The notes beneath the pieces were generated by a model. It was not told the DNA's origin. It saw nothing but the letters and a program-made list of their open reading frames with translations, and searched no databases. A stretch of 63,892 bases of DNA, the filler included, from Octopus bimaculoides (Eukaryota), in NCBI RefSeq assembly GCF_001194135.2. It is 6 parts of 5 records of this genome, joined end to end, with 100 filler letters (N's around TTAATTAATTAA, not from the genome) between each part and the next. Parts side by side here need not be neighbours in the genome. Positions count along the whole stretch, not along the records: positions 23,236 to 37,980 come from NC_069003.1; positions 38,081 to 46,200 come from NW_026305088.1; 4 more parts are not named here. One strand, given 5' to 3'. This document shows, one piece after another, positions 27,385 to 39,074 of this stretch. Positions within the stretch are counted from its first letter, which is position 1. Each line of letters starts with the position of its first letter. The position numbers were made by a program, and so were the translations under genes.

Positions 27385-29227
27385 TAAATATAAGAAGAGA
27401 CATTCTTAGAAATAAGCAACTGTAGAGTGGGTTAAATGAAATCAAAAAAGAAGGTGAAAAATGATTTGAGAACATCAACACCAGGAAGGGGTGAAAATGA
27501 ATATGAGATGGAAGAGAAACCACAAAATTCAGTGGTCAAGTTGGCACCAGAAGAAATTTCACAAAAAGAACTAAAATTATCAGAAATACAACAGAGCAGG
27601 TTCAAGCTGAAAGAAATACTAACAATATGGATGAGGATATATTTAATCATGACCATAAAGACTGGATAGAAAGAAAAAACAACAAAAGAAATCAATCTGA
27701 TAGTGTCAAACTTCTGATTATCTTCTCTTACTTGGAAAAGTATTAAAAAACCCCACCAAAAAGCAAAACACAGGAAGACATTAGCATGAGTGAAAGAGAG
27801 TCATTGCAAAAACTGACAAACAACAACTAGAACAAAACGCACATGAGATTTGGAAATCAGGGTGTTAAAACAACAATTGAAGGGATGACGTCTGATATAT
27901 GAGAATTGAAGTTATATATGCAGTGGTAACGGCAATAGAACGGAAACGTGTCAAGGAAAAGCCAAAAAAGGACACAACACTCACAAACCCTTCCATGGAA
28001 GATAAAAATCGGGAAGAAATTGAAATGATGAGGGGAGAAATATCGATCTTGGATGAAATATATGTTGGGAAATCTGTCAAGTCAAGAAAAGGACAGAAGG
28101 GAATTAAGAAATACAAAGTAACTTCAAAACATGATACTCCATGAATCAAAGAGACCCCGAAACACAAAGTACAGTTGAAAATTCAGAGAATCAGAAGATT
28201 CGAAACACGAAACGGGTTTTACAGGCCAAATAATATGTTTATATCAGTTGCAAAAAAGGTTTCGCAGGGAAATTGGGACACAAACAATTCAGGTAAAGTA
28301 ACCGCCTTAAATTCATGAGATTGAAGAATTTTGGAAAGCAGTATGGAATGCAGAAAAATACCATAATGAGATTGCAAAATGGATGAAGAACGCGGGAAAA
28401 ATATTTAGTAATTTAGAAAGACAGACTTGACAAGAGATAACTATGGAAGAACTTGAGTTATCACTAACGAAAACCAGCAAATTGAAATCCCCTGGCATTG
28501 ATAAAGTGCCAAACTTCTGATTACCTTCTCTTACAGCTACCCATAATATGCTACTAAAATGTTTTACGAAATTATGCACAACCCTGAGAAAACTCCTTGT
28601 TGGTTTGGACAAGGTATAACGTAGTTCTTGCCCAGAAACAAATATTTCACCCCCACCAAAGAAAACAAAAAAAGCAAAAAAAAAACTATTGTCTCATCAT
28701 CTGCTTTTCCACATCATACAAATTTCTCAACACAATTTTGTCTCACCTACAAATTTATGAACAAAAATCATCCTTTCCCTGTTGAGCAGAAAGGTTACCG
28801 CCATGGGTCTTACAACTGCGAGAACCAACTTCTAAGAAGACCAACTCCTTAAAAACTGTCATAACAAGCAGCACAGAAGTTCGAGTACTGCTTGGATTTA
28901 ATTAAAAAAACAAAAACATTTGACAGTGTTCTCCACTCATGGATTTTGAAAACTTTGGATGTCCTGAAAATGTTTCCAGTAATATCAAACTTCCTGAAAT
29001 ATAACATGTCTGTATAGAATACAAAGCTAACATTATCATACACTGAATTCCAAAAGTACAGTGAATGAATAAGCATTAACTGTGATATTTTTCAGGGTAA
29101 TTGTTTTCTCCATTTATGTTCTGCCTTGCAGTCATATCTCAGGCTCCAGAGCTCAACAAAACATGATACGACTACAAAATATATGGCAAAACCATGAAAT
29201 CCGTTTTATATGGATGATTTGAAGCTG
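27385..29227 (+). mobile_element. R4/Dong-like non-LTR retrotransposon, decayed N-terminal and RT region
   Basis: Across frameshifts: EIEMMRGEISILDE, KVQLKIQRIRRFE.RN.FY..NNMF, IEEFWKAVWN, KSPGIDKVPNF, FPVEQKGYRHGSYNCENQL, FDSVLHSWILKTL, IFQG..FSP and FYMDDLKL (YMDD at 29207-29218). It begins right after an (AAT)n array. Confidence 0.9.
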
Positions 29228-31015
29228 TTGAGGTAGATAAAATAAAAGTACTCCATCTGGTATGAGATAAATATTATTCATTTAAAGGGCACAGTACATG
29301 TATTAAGCTCTTCTAATAGTTTCATATGCCGAGAAAACTCACTCATATTCTTCAGGCGCAAACCACAAAAAAAAAAAAAAAAATCAAGACGGATACTTTT
29401 TGACTACACCTCGTATTCACTGGTTTCGCTGGTTTTCCGAGGTTAGATGTGACTATTTTTTAGTCAATGAAGAGCGGTAGAATAACAAAGAGTGACTTAC
29501 AAAGCACGACAGCAGCTTAAAAGTCGGAAAGGCCGGAATACTGTACTCCTGAGATATCGGGTTAAAGAACATTTCAAAATGCTTCCTAAAAGAGTGGTGG
29601 TATTTGTTGATAAATAGAAATCACATTTCGCAGCTAATTGATGCAATGTTTAACTATAGGGATGGCATGAGAAATCTTGCAACATCACGAAATAAACCAC
29701 AAACTAAAACATGCGTATTATTTGAATTGTGAGACAAGAGTATAGGAGAGCGGAGACACAGCAAGTGACATTATGCCTGTTATTATAAGATAGTTTTGAG
29801 TGATAGAGAGGAAGGAGGAGGGTAGGATTTAAAAGAGACAATAGCAGAAAGCATTCATATATCATCAATAGAAAAAATTTATTGATATCTTATGATTAAT
29901 ATATTAAGTAATGAATTAGTGCCTAGCAACCTTTGACACTACACGCCATTTCTTCGTAATGAAAGCGGAAATATCGTGAACTTAGTATATCTTCGTCTTC
30001 GACCGGTTCATATTAAATGGATTTTACTCAAAGATGCAAACATCTCAGGAAGCAGTAATTAATACATGAATATTTAATACACACACAGACACGCACGCAC
30101 ACGCACACACACACACAGACACACAGACACGCAGACACACACACACACACACAGACACACACACACGGACACACAGACACAGACACACAGGCACACAGAC
30201 ACACACACACNNNNNNNNNNNNNNNNNNNNNNNNNNNNNNNNNNNNNNNNNNNNNNNNNNNNNNNNNNNNNNNNNNNNNNNNNNNNNNNNNNNNNNNNNN
30301 NNNNNNNNNNNNNNNNNNNNNNNNNNNNNNNNNNNNNNNNNNNNNNNNNNNNNNNNNNNNNNNNNNNNNNNNNNNNNNNNNNNNNNNNNNNNNNNNNNNN
30401 NNNNNNNNNNNNNNNNNNNNNNNNNNNNNNNNNNNNNNNNNNNNNNNNNNNNNNNNNNNNNNNNNNNNNNNNNNNNNNNNNNNNNNNNNNNNNNNNNNNN
30501 NNNNNNNNNNNNNNNNNNNNNNNNNNNNNNNNNNNNNNNNNNNNNNNNNNNNNNNNNNNNNNNNNNNNNNNNNNNNNNNNNNNNNNNNNNNNNNNNNNNN
30601 NNNNNNNNNNNNNNNNNNNNNNNNNNNNNNNNNNNNNNNNNNNNNNNNNNNNNNNNNNNNNNNNNNNNNNNNNNNNNNNNNNNNNNNNNNNNNNNNNNNN
30701 NNNNNNNNNNNNNNNNNNNNNNNNNNNNNNNNNNNNNNNNNNNNNNNNNNNNNNNNNNNNNNNNNNNNNNNNNNNNNNNNNNNNNNNNNNNNNNNNNNNN
30801 NNNNNNNNNNNNNNNNNNNNNNNNNNNNNNNNNNNNNNNNNNNNNNNNNNNNNNNNNNNNNNNNNNNNNNNNNNNNNNNNNNNNNNNNNNNNNNNNNNNN
30901 NNNNNNNNNNNNNNNNNNNNNNNNNNNNNNNNNNNNNNNNNNNNNNNNNNNNNNNNNNNNNNNNNNNNNNNNNNNNNTATATGAAGTTAAACGGAGGTGT
31001 TATTCTAGTCTTTAT

Positions 31016-31104
31016 ACTACCGACATATATTTCGAAGAAAACATTGGTATTATTCCAGAAGGTATAAAATAATGTAAAACAATGTAATCTTCTCATCAGG
31101 GGAA
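31016..31104 (-). ncRNA. Inverted second copy of the same hammerhead motif
   Basis: Reverse complement ttccc CTGATGA gaaga..tcttc GAAAT atat GTC ggta; stem II intact, stem I weakened. Confidence 0.6.
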
Positions 31105-31681
31105 ACAGAGAAACAAAACGCATCAATAAGACATTTTAACCGAATGGGATTACTACATATATGATGAAGGGAACGATGGTCTATATTTAGACATCAATAA
31201 ACGCAACAATACTGGGCTTAGTAAATTAATTTGGTATCTAAAGGAACATAATAAACAATTTGATTTGGAATGGAATATTCTATCTAGGTCTTTTCCTTAT
31301 GATAAAGCTAAATCTTTTTGTTCGTTCTGTAATCCTGTTCTCAGAGAATCCTGTTGTGAACACTTTCAAAGAACGCGTTTATCGTTGCAAACATTGGCAA
31401 AAACATACCTTTAGTTCCTATAAGTAATTTCTACTAGTTGAATTCTGTAGAATTCGACCTTTATCTGTCTTCGTACATTTCATTTCCACTAAATTTATCT
31501 ATTTCCACGCCTTTAATCTTTATTCCTATTCACCTATCGCACAATATTTCTCCACTCTTAGTTTTCTCCTAATTTCTTTCTTCCTCCCCTTCTCTTTCTA
31601 TAAATTGCCTTTGGCGTTATATCTATATGCAGCAATCACATTCGGTTAAAATGTCTTATTGTTGCTTTTTGTTTCTCTTTC

Positions 31682-31769
31682 TTTCCCTGATGAGAAAATT
31701 CTATTGCTTTACATCATTTTATTCCTTCTGGAATAATATCAATGTTTTCTTCGAAACATATGTCGGAAG
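31682..31769 (+). ncRNA. Minimal type I hammerhead motif in PLE pLTR
   Basis: tttcc CTGATGA [59-nt stem II region] GAAAC atat GTC ggaag; self-complementary ACATATGT at stem III. Confidence 0.8.
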
Positions 31770-32049
31770 TATAAAGATTTGAATAACACCTGTGTTTAAC
31801 TCCATTTATTTATTTATATATGTTATATAAAAGCATTTCACTAAATCCTGGAATTTCTACCTTTAAAAGTAGGCTACTCTGGTAACTATTTATTTATTTT
31901 TTCCGTGTTATTTGTACACATTGAAAAATACACATACATTTATATATATACATAAATACATACATATATATATATATATGTGTTTGTGTGTGCGTGTGTG
32001 TGTGCGTGTGTGTGTGTGTGCGTGTGTGTGTGTATGTGTCTGTGTCTGT

Positions 32050-32262
32050 GTCTGTGTTTGTCCCCCTACTATCGCTTAACAACCGATGTTGGTGTGTTTA
32101 CATTACCGTAACTTAGTGATTCTGCAAACGCTACTGGTAGAATAAGTACTAGGCTCACAAAAAAGTAAATCCTAGAGTAGATTTCTGAGACTAAAACCCT
32201 TTAAGCCGATACTCCAGCATGGCCGCAGTCAAATGACTGAAACATGGCAAAGAATAAAAGAA
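32050..32262 (-). mobile_element. SINE-like interspersed repeat, family D
   Basis: Reverse complement cagtcatttgactgcggccatgctggag..cctagtacttattct..aaacacaccaacatcggttg..ggggacaaacacagac is homologous to 34261-34495. Confidence 0.8.
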
Positions 32263-32481
32263 TACGTATATATGTAATGTTATATATGTATATGTATATG
32301 TATATATGTGTGTCTGTGTGTGTGTGACAGTCATTAGGACGTTGGATAGAATACCTTGCAGTATTTGTCCCAGCACTTTACGCTCTCTGTTCAAATTCAA
32401 CCGCGGTCAACTTAGAAGTCGCTTCTAAATCATTAAGATTTATTTTTTAAAGTAAATATAAAAAAACCAGCCGTAATTAGG

Positions 32482-32660
32482 AACATAAATCATAAATCAT
32501 TTCCATACCTACAACATAAATCATAAATCCTTTCCATACCTACGACATAAGTCATAAATAACTTCTCTATCTACAACATAAATTATAAATCGTTTCTTTA
32601 CCTACAACATGAATCATTTCCATACGTACAGCATAAATCAAAATTCATTTCTATACCTGG
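32482..32660. repeat. Degenerate minisatellite, about 31-bp unit, about 6 copies
   Basis: Unit approximately aacataaatcataaatcatttccatacctac. Confidence 0.8.
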
Positions 32661-32895
32661 AAATCCTTATTTTGCTTGCAGAAACCATTAAGAAATTAAA
32701 TGATAAATATAAGGAAATCATTAGATAGAAGTGAGAATAACTCATTAACCACTTAGAAAGATGCTTCTAACCCGTTTAAACACTTCAGAAATAAACGAGC
32801 TGCACGTAATATTTAATCCCAAACTTAATTATCTCTTTCAGTCTTACCTTTATCAAACTCACCTCCATTTCATCATACAGAAATACTTCAATATA

Positions 32896-33522
32896 CAGGG
32901 TGTCCACAAAGTCTGGGTACATGGAGCAAATAAAATCATAACATAAACAATTAAATATAAGAAATAATAATTTCTTACAGTATTAGTTAATCCCCATGTC
33001 GGTACATGGAGTAAATAAAATCATAACATAAACAATTAAATATAAGAAATAATAATTTCTTACAGTATTAGTTAATCCCCATGTGGGTACATGGAGTAAA
33101 TAAAATCATAACATAAACAATTAGATNNNNNNNNNNCCCATGTGGGTACATGGAGTAAATAAAATCATAACATAAACAATTAGATATAAGAAATAATAAT
33201 TTCTTAAAGTATTAGTAAATCTCCATGTGGGTACATGGAGTAAATAAAATCATAACATAAACAATTAGATATAAGAAATAATAATTTCTTAAAGTATTAG
33301 TTAATCCCCATGTGGGTACATGGAGTAAATAAAATCATAACATAAACAATTAAATATAAGAAATAATATAAGAAATAATAATTTCTTAAAGTATTAGTTA
33401 ATCCCCATGAAAGATGCTTCATGGAGTAAATAAAATCATAACATAAACAATTGAATATAAGAAATAATAATTTCTTAAAGTATGTGTTAATCCCCATGTA
33501 CCCAGAGTTTGTGGATACCCTG
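32896..33522. mobile_element. Tc1/mariner-type MITE with internal 85-bp tandem array
   Basis: TA-cagggtgtccacaaagtctgggtacatgg ... ccatgtacccagagtttgtggataccctg-TA (29-bp TIR, 2 mismatches). Units start at 32915, 33000, 33085, 33144 (after a 10-N gap), 33229, 33314 and about 33420. Confidence 0.9.
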
Positions 33523-33705
33523 TATATTTCAACGTTTCATCAAACAGAAGATCTACAGTTTTATATACCCCATCATCAGCTAGTTTTAAACCTAAATTAG
33601 CATATCATATATGGTGTAGGAAAAAAATCGTATGCATGCAGTTTTTAAAAGTTTCTTTTCCGCCATTTTAAAAAGGAAGTAAATTTCCATCTTGAGTGAT
33701 ATAGA

Positions 33706-33930
33706 CTCCAAAGGGCCGGTTTCCTGGTTTCCATGGCGTATATATTCCCTACCTGGACAGAACGGCGGTCCGTCGCAGGATTACTAATTTTTGTTAGCTG
33801 AATGGACTGAAGAAACGTGAAATGATGTGTTTTGCTTCAGAGCAAAACGCGTCGACCGGTCCAGAAATCGATACCACAATTTTATGATCATGGGTCCGAT
33901 ATCTTAACCATTAAGCGACGCACCTCCACT
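33706..33930 (-). mobile_element. tRNA-derived SINE, family C-related
   Basis: Reverse complement head ggaggtgcgtcgcttaatggttaag..gtggtatcgatttctggaccgg; tail cctgcgacggac..gtccagg..gggaatatatacgccatggaaaccaggaaaccgg as in 19366-19650. Confidence 0.75.
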
Positions 33931-34260
33931 TCTGTCGCTAAGCTTACCAAAAATATTCATCGGTAGATCTAACATTCCACAATACATTTGTACCAGAATT
34001 TAAATATAATGTATCTTGCAAAACCTTTCGAATAATATTCAACCCATCGTTAACCAGGGCTGCAATCCATTACTCTATATAATTTCTAACACCAGCTATA
34101 AATCTATTTTTCTACGGTATTTAATGCAATTCCGGAACCTAAAACAATTTAGGAATGAATCTATTCGTCTCCTCCACTTTTAACTTCCCTGCTACAAGTA
34201 TCGATTAAGCTATTAAAACTATCGAGCAAAGTTCTAGATATCATAATATCACTAAAGATA

Positions 34261-34495
34261 TCTTTTATCTTTTACTTGTTTTAGTCATTTGATTGCAGCC
34301 ATGTTGGGACACCGCCTTGAAGGATTTTAGCTTGAATAAATCGACCCTAGGACTTATATATTTTTTTGAAGCCAAGTAGTTATTCTATCGGTCACTTTTT
34401 GCCGAGCCGCCAAGTTACGAGAAGGTAAACACACCAACAGTGGTTGCTAAGCGAGCGGTGTTGGGGGAGAAACACAGATAGAGAGACACATACGA
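34261..34495 (+). mobile_element. SINE-like interspersed repeat, family D
   Basis: tagtcatttgattgcagccatgttgg..aaatcgaccctaggactta..tattctatcggtc..taaacacaccaacag..gggggagaaacacaga, ending in (CA)n. Confidence 0.8.
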
Positions 34496-34552
<57 letters not shown>

Positions 34553-35689
34553 NNNNNNNNNNNNNNNNNNNNNNNNNNNNNNNNNNNNNNNNNNNNNNNN
34601 NNNNNNNNNNNNNNNNNNNNNNNNNNNNNNNNNNNNNNNNNNNNNNNNNNNNNNNNNNNNNNNNNNNNNNNNNNNNNNNNNNNNNNNNNNNNNNNNNNNN
34701 NNNNNNNNNNNNNNNNNNNNNNNNNNNNNNNNNNNNNNNNNNNNNNNNNNNNNNNNNNNNNNNNNNNNNNNNNNNNNNNNNNNNNNNNNNNNNNNNNNNN
34801 NNNNNNNNNNNNNNNNNNNNNNNNNNNNNNNNNNNNNNNNNNNNNNNNNNNNNNNNNNNNNNNNNNNNNNNNNNNNNNNNNNNNNNNNNNNNNNNNNNNN
34901 NNNNNNNNNNNNNNNNNNNNNNNNNNNNNNNNNNNNNNNNNNNNNNNNNNNNNNNNNNNGAAGAAAGAAAGACAAACCTATTTTTAATTATGATAGATTT
35001 GTTTTTGTTTTTTACTCTCTGTTCATGTTTGTATGTATTCCGGTCTTGACTTTTATTTCAGAATAAGTATGTCCAGGACTACATTATCTCAGTTTTTTTT
35101 CCTACTTAAAGAGCGCAAGATATGACACCATGGACATTTTGTTTAGAGAGTAGATAAAAATCGCTCTTCCATATTTTTTTTTATGTTTAGAGTCCAAATT
35201 TTCTTAGGTTTACGAGTATAAAACTCCCGTCCTGTCAATCAGTATTAAAATTGAAAATAAAACCTCTAACTAGAAGTTACACAGAGAGTTTGAAGCGAAA
35301 AAAGTTTGAAGAAATTTTCTTTCATTAAAAACACCGATTGAATCTGATATAGAGAGACTAAATTTTGAATGTTTCTTTGGTGAGTGGAGCAACAAATAAA
35401 TCTTTGCCTTTTTCAACGAATTTCAGGCAATTTCTCTGATGACAGCAGGATTCATTGCACTGAATTTTAAATCAAATAATAATGCACTTCTAAAAAGTAG
35501 CAGGAAATTAAGTATGACTGAATATAAGGTCGCCATTTTATAGATTTTATCAGAAGTTTTAACAACCATCACTGTGGAATTAATTCTGTCTGCTTTCTTT
35601 GACAAATCTTCATGGCATGTTACTCTAACCTCAACAGAATTTACTACTACTACTACTACTACTAGTACTACATAATAATAATAATAATA

Positions 35690-35899
35690 ATGATTTCAAA
35701 TTTTTGCCACAAAGGTAGCTTGGTGGAGGGGATCATGTCGATTACAGCGACCCCCAGTTCGCATCTGGTACTTATTTAATCGACCCCGAAAGGTTGAATA
35801 TCAAAGTCGACCTCGGCGGAATTTGAACTCAGAAAGTAACGGTAGACAAAATACCGCTAAACATTTCGCCTGGCGTGCTTACGATTCTGCCAGCTCACC
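35690..35899 (-). mobile_element. tRNA-derived SINE, family A, embedded in (AAT)n
   Basis: Reverse complement ggtgagctggcagaatcgtaagcacgccaggcgaaatg..ttctgagttcaaattccgccgaggtcgac. Confidence 0.9.
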
Positions 35900-35914
35900 T
35901 TAATAACAATACTG

Positions 35915-35995
<81 letters not shown>

Positions 35996-35997
<2 letters not shown>

Positions 35998-36192
35998 TCT
36001 TTCTACTATAGGCACAAGGCCTGAAATTTTGTCAATTAGATCGATCCCAATACGCAACTGGTACTTAATGTATCGACCCCAAAAGGCTGAAAGGTAAAGT
36101 CGACTTCGGCGGAATGTAAACTCAGAATGTAGCGACAGGCGAAATACTGCTAAGCATTTCGTCCAGCGTGCTCACGTTTCTGCCAGCTCACC
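35996..36192 (-). mobile_element. tRNA-derived SINE, family A, embedded in (AAT)n
   Basis: Second tandem copy with the same head and body; (AAT)n arrays on both sides. Confidence 0.9.
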
Positions 36193-36194
36193 GC

Positions 36195-36326
<132 letters not shown>

Positions 36327-36670
36327 NNNNNNNNNNNNNNNNNNNNNNNNNNNNNNNNNNNNNNNNNNNNNNNNNNNNNNNNNNNNNNNNNNNNNNNNNN
36401 NNNNNNNNNNNNNNNNNNNNNNNNNNNNNNNNNNNNNNNNNNNNNNNNNNNNNNNNNNNNNNNNNNNNNNNNNNNNNNNNNNNNNNNNNNNNNNNNNNNN
36501 NNNNNNNNNNNNNNNNNNNNNNNNNNNNNNNNNNNNNNNNNNNNNNNNNNNNNNNNNNNNNNNNNNNNNNNNNNNNNNNNNNNNNNNNNNNNNNNNNNNN
36601 NNNNNNNNNNNNNNNNNNNNNNNNNNNNNNNNNNNNNNNNNNNNNNNNNNNNNNNNNNNNNNNNNNNNNN

Positions 36671-36900
36671 TTTTGAGCGGGATGGGCTACTCGACCTGAA
36701 GAAAATTCTAACTGGGCCCCACCTGCGAGGTCATGCGCTGTTTATCTTGATATGAGATCACCATGTGGCGCACATATGGTTGTGATGCATGTGCCTGGTG
36801 TACCCTTATCAGACAGGTAGTCATGATGGGTATATTGGGCTTTGTATATTTTACTCCAGTGTCACTTTGATGGCATGCACTGCTCTCTCACTCAATAATA
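36671..36900. mobile_element. Interspersed repeat family E (probable LINE UTR; orientation uncertain)
   Basis: ttttgagcgggatgggctactcgacctgaag...catgcactgctctctcactcaataataat is near-identical to 58324-58550. Confidence 0.8.
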
Positions 36901-36920
36901 ATAATGATAATAATAATAAT

Positions 36921-36982
<62 letters not shown>

Positions 36983-37299
36983 TAAATAAATAAAATAAAA
37001 TAAAAAGGAAATTAAACATCATCTCATGCAACTTCAGGTTTAAAATATCATTAAATCATATTTTTGGAATCCATTTGATATTCAAAGATGTGACGATTGA
37101 ACTTTTATTTTTTTTTACGGTTACACCGTGTATTATTGATGGCTGTTCATTAAAATCATGAAATATTTTCTTTTAAAAATAATTCTTTTAAAAATGAATA
37201 ATGAAACAATATTTTTACAACTAATTAATGTTACTAATGTAATTGATGTAATTAGTAGCTCCTTGAAGCTATGAATTAATTTCATTACAAGCTTTTAAA

Positions 37300-37722
37300 A
37301 TACCTGCCGCCTAACTTTCCTCGGCCTCCAGCCACTCCCTCATCAGCGAGATACTCAACGGGATGACCTATCCAGATGTGACTCAGGAACTGAAATCAAC
37401 CCTAGCCAATTGGATCGCAAAGCTTTGCCATCCCCCAGAGTACTGATATCCAGCGTTGATGGGATGACATCAGATGCAAGTCTACCTTCGGGCGGCATCG
37501 CTTTGCCTGCCTCCGTTCTATTTCACATCCAAACAGCAGTGCATGACTCAATTTGGTGTCCTCCTCATTTACCGGTCCCGATGATGATACGAATTGGAGT
37601 AGCCCAACGCTTTGGTCTCCGAGTGTGTGAGCGGTGCAAATGGCGTTGTGGAGCAGTAGTTGATGAATTCGGCTTGCATCCTGTTACTTGCAGTCTTAGC
37701 GCGGACCGATTCTTTTACATTT
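37300..37722 (+). mobile_element. CRE-like RLE non-LTR retrotransposon fragment (zinc-knuckle region)
   Basis: DIQR*WDDIRCKSTF, then IRIGVAQRFGLRVCERCKWRCGAVVDEFGLHPVTCSLSADRF. This resembles CRE-clade RI.V.LRLG...C....C.CG..VD..G.H.LSC..S.GR. Confidence 0.75.
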
Positions 37723-37779
37723 CAGACAGATTCAGCGCTAAGTTGCTGAAGCAGGAATACCATAGCAAATATTTTGCTC

Positions 37780-37930
37780 ATTTGCACAGATTTGTTTGTC
37801 AGTTGCTCGACCTTAATCACTTGAGCATGTCCCTTAGTGGCTAACAATACGTGCATCTCTGATGGTGAGCAGGAATAGTGAGGGAGCATCATAGCCATAT
37901 GTTGAGAGGGATTCTTTGGGATTTGAATAA
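37780..37930. mobile_element. Repeat family E, internal fragment
   Basis: cacagatttg..gaccttaa..ttgagcatgtccctt.gtggct..ttctttgggatttgaataa is homologous to 58081-58262. Confidence 0.8.
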
Positions 37931-38110
37931 ATGTTACAAAATCAAAATTTGAAGTAAATGTCAGCCATTTTTCATACTTTNNNNNNNNNNNNNNNNNNNN
38001 NNNNNNNNNNNNNNNNNNNNNNNNTTAATTAATTAANNNNNNNNNNNNNNNNNNNNNNNNNNNNNNNNNNNNNNNNNNNNACAAACAGACACAAACATAC
38101 GCGCGCGCGC

Positions 38111-38272
38111 GACAGGTTTTTCTCAGTTTTTGTCTACCAAATCCACTCTCAAGGTTTTGGTCGGCCCTAGGCTATAGTAGAAGACACTTGCCCAAGGTAC
38201 CACGCAGTGGGTCTGAACATGGAACCATGTAGTTGGTAAGCAAGCTACTTACCACACAGCCACTCCTGCGCC
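38111..38272 (-). mobile_element. tRNA-derived SINE, family B
   Basis: Reverse complement ggcgcaggagtggctgtgtggtaagtagcttgcttaccaac..ggttccatgttcagacccactgcgtggtaccttgggcaagtgtcttctactatagcc. Confidence 0.9.
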
Positions 38273-38297
38273 TATATATATTTGTATATAAAAATAT

Positions 38298-38480
38298 GAC
38301 GGGCTTCTTTCAGTTTCCGTCTACCAAATCCACTCACAAGGCTTTGGTTGGCCCGAGACTGTAGTAGAAGACACTTGCCCAAGGTGCCACTGGTTGGCAT
38401 TGACTCCTGAACTATGTAGTAAGGAAGCAAGCTTCTTGCCACACAGCCACACCTGCGCGTATCACAGCCACGCCTGCGTC
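38298..38480 (-). mobile_element. tRNA-derived SINE, family B, tandem second copy
   Basis: Same body; the head motif cacagccac.cctgcg is duplicated at 38441-38458 and 38463-38478. Confidence 0.85.
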
Positions 38481-38787
38481 TATGTATATATCAAAAGGTA
38501 ATCTTTGCATCCAACCTAACATAGATGTCTTGTTTGAACATTGAACACTGCGTTATTAGTCTTAAGAGATCCTCTCGTATAGCCGCTTGATACATAAAAG
38601 CGTACAGGTAGATCGTAGCAGACGAGAATCGTTTGCCATGGGCACCAACATTCCTGCATCACGTGATTTCATTCAACTGGAAATCATCAGTGGGAAGCAT
38701 CCGGTCACCGCATGCCAGTCAAATCTCGATGCGACGATATATGTAAAATATCAACACCTTTTCAGACATCGATGTCGCAAATAGCCA

Positions 38788-38810
38788 AACCCTAACCCTA
38801 ACCCTAACCC
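38788..38810. repeat. Short interstitial (CCCTAA)3 tract
   Basis: aaccctaaccctaaccctaaccc; the metazoan telomere repeat on the minus strand. Confidence 0.7.
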
Positions 38811-39074
38811 CAAAACTAATTATAAAACATTTTTTAGGGTAATTGGCTCCATCAACAACAACAGTGGTTATACCAGATCGCAAGTTACGATAACAACTTC
38901 AAATAATATACCCACAACGTAGCGCTAAGGAAACATCACAATCAAGCGTTTTGCAAGAGTGAGCCACCAAAAACCGCATAAAAAAAAAACAGGAACGAGA
39001 AACTTTAAAATGTATATCTAACATCTATTACATGAGTTTAACTGTTTCTTCGAATCATACACCAAGTAAACAAT

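Larger units (their letters stand above)
30981..31805 (+). mobile_element. 5'-truncated Penelope-like element: GIY-YIG C-terminus flanked by inverted pseudo-LTRs
   Basis: About 31205-31427 encodes NNTGLSKLIWYLKEHNKQFDLEWNILSRSFPYDKAKSFCSFCN...FKERVYRCKHWQKHTFSSYK*. 30981-31115 is the reverse complement of about 31669-31805. Confidence 0.85.

Noticed and set aside
24778-27523. Long ORFs of 300-489 aa in the ORF track (also those near 30074, 43412-44285, 44933-45877, 50303, 53573)
   Set aside because: They are N gaps plus microsatellite translations with no coding signal.
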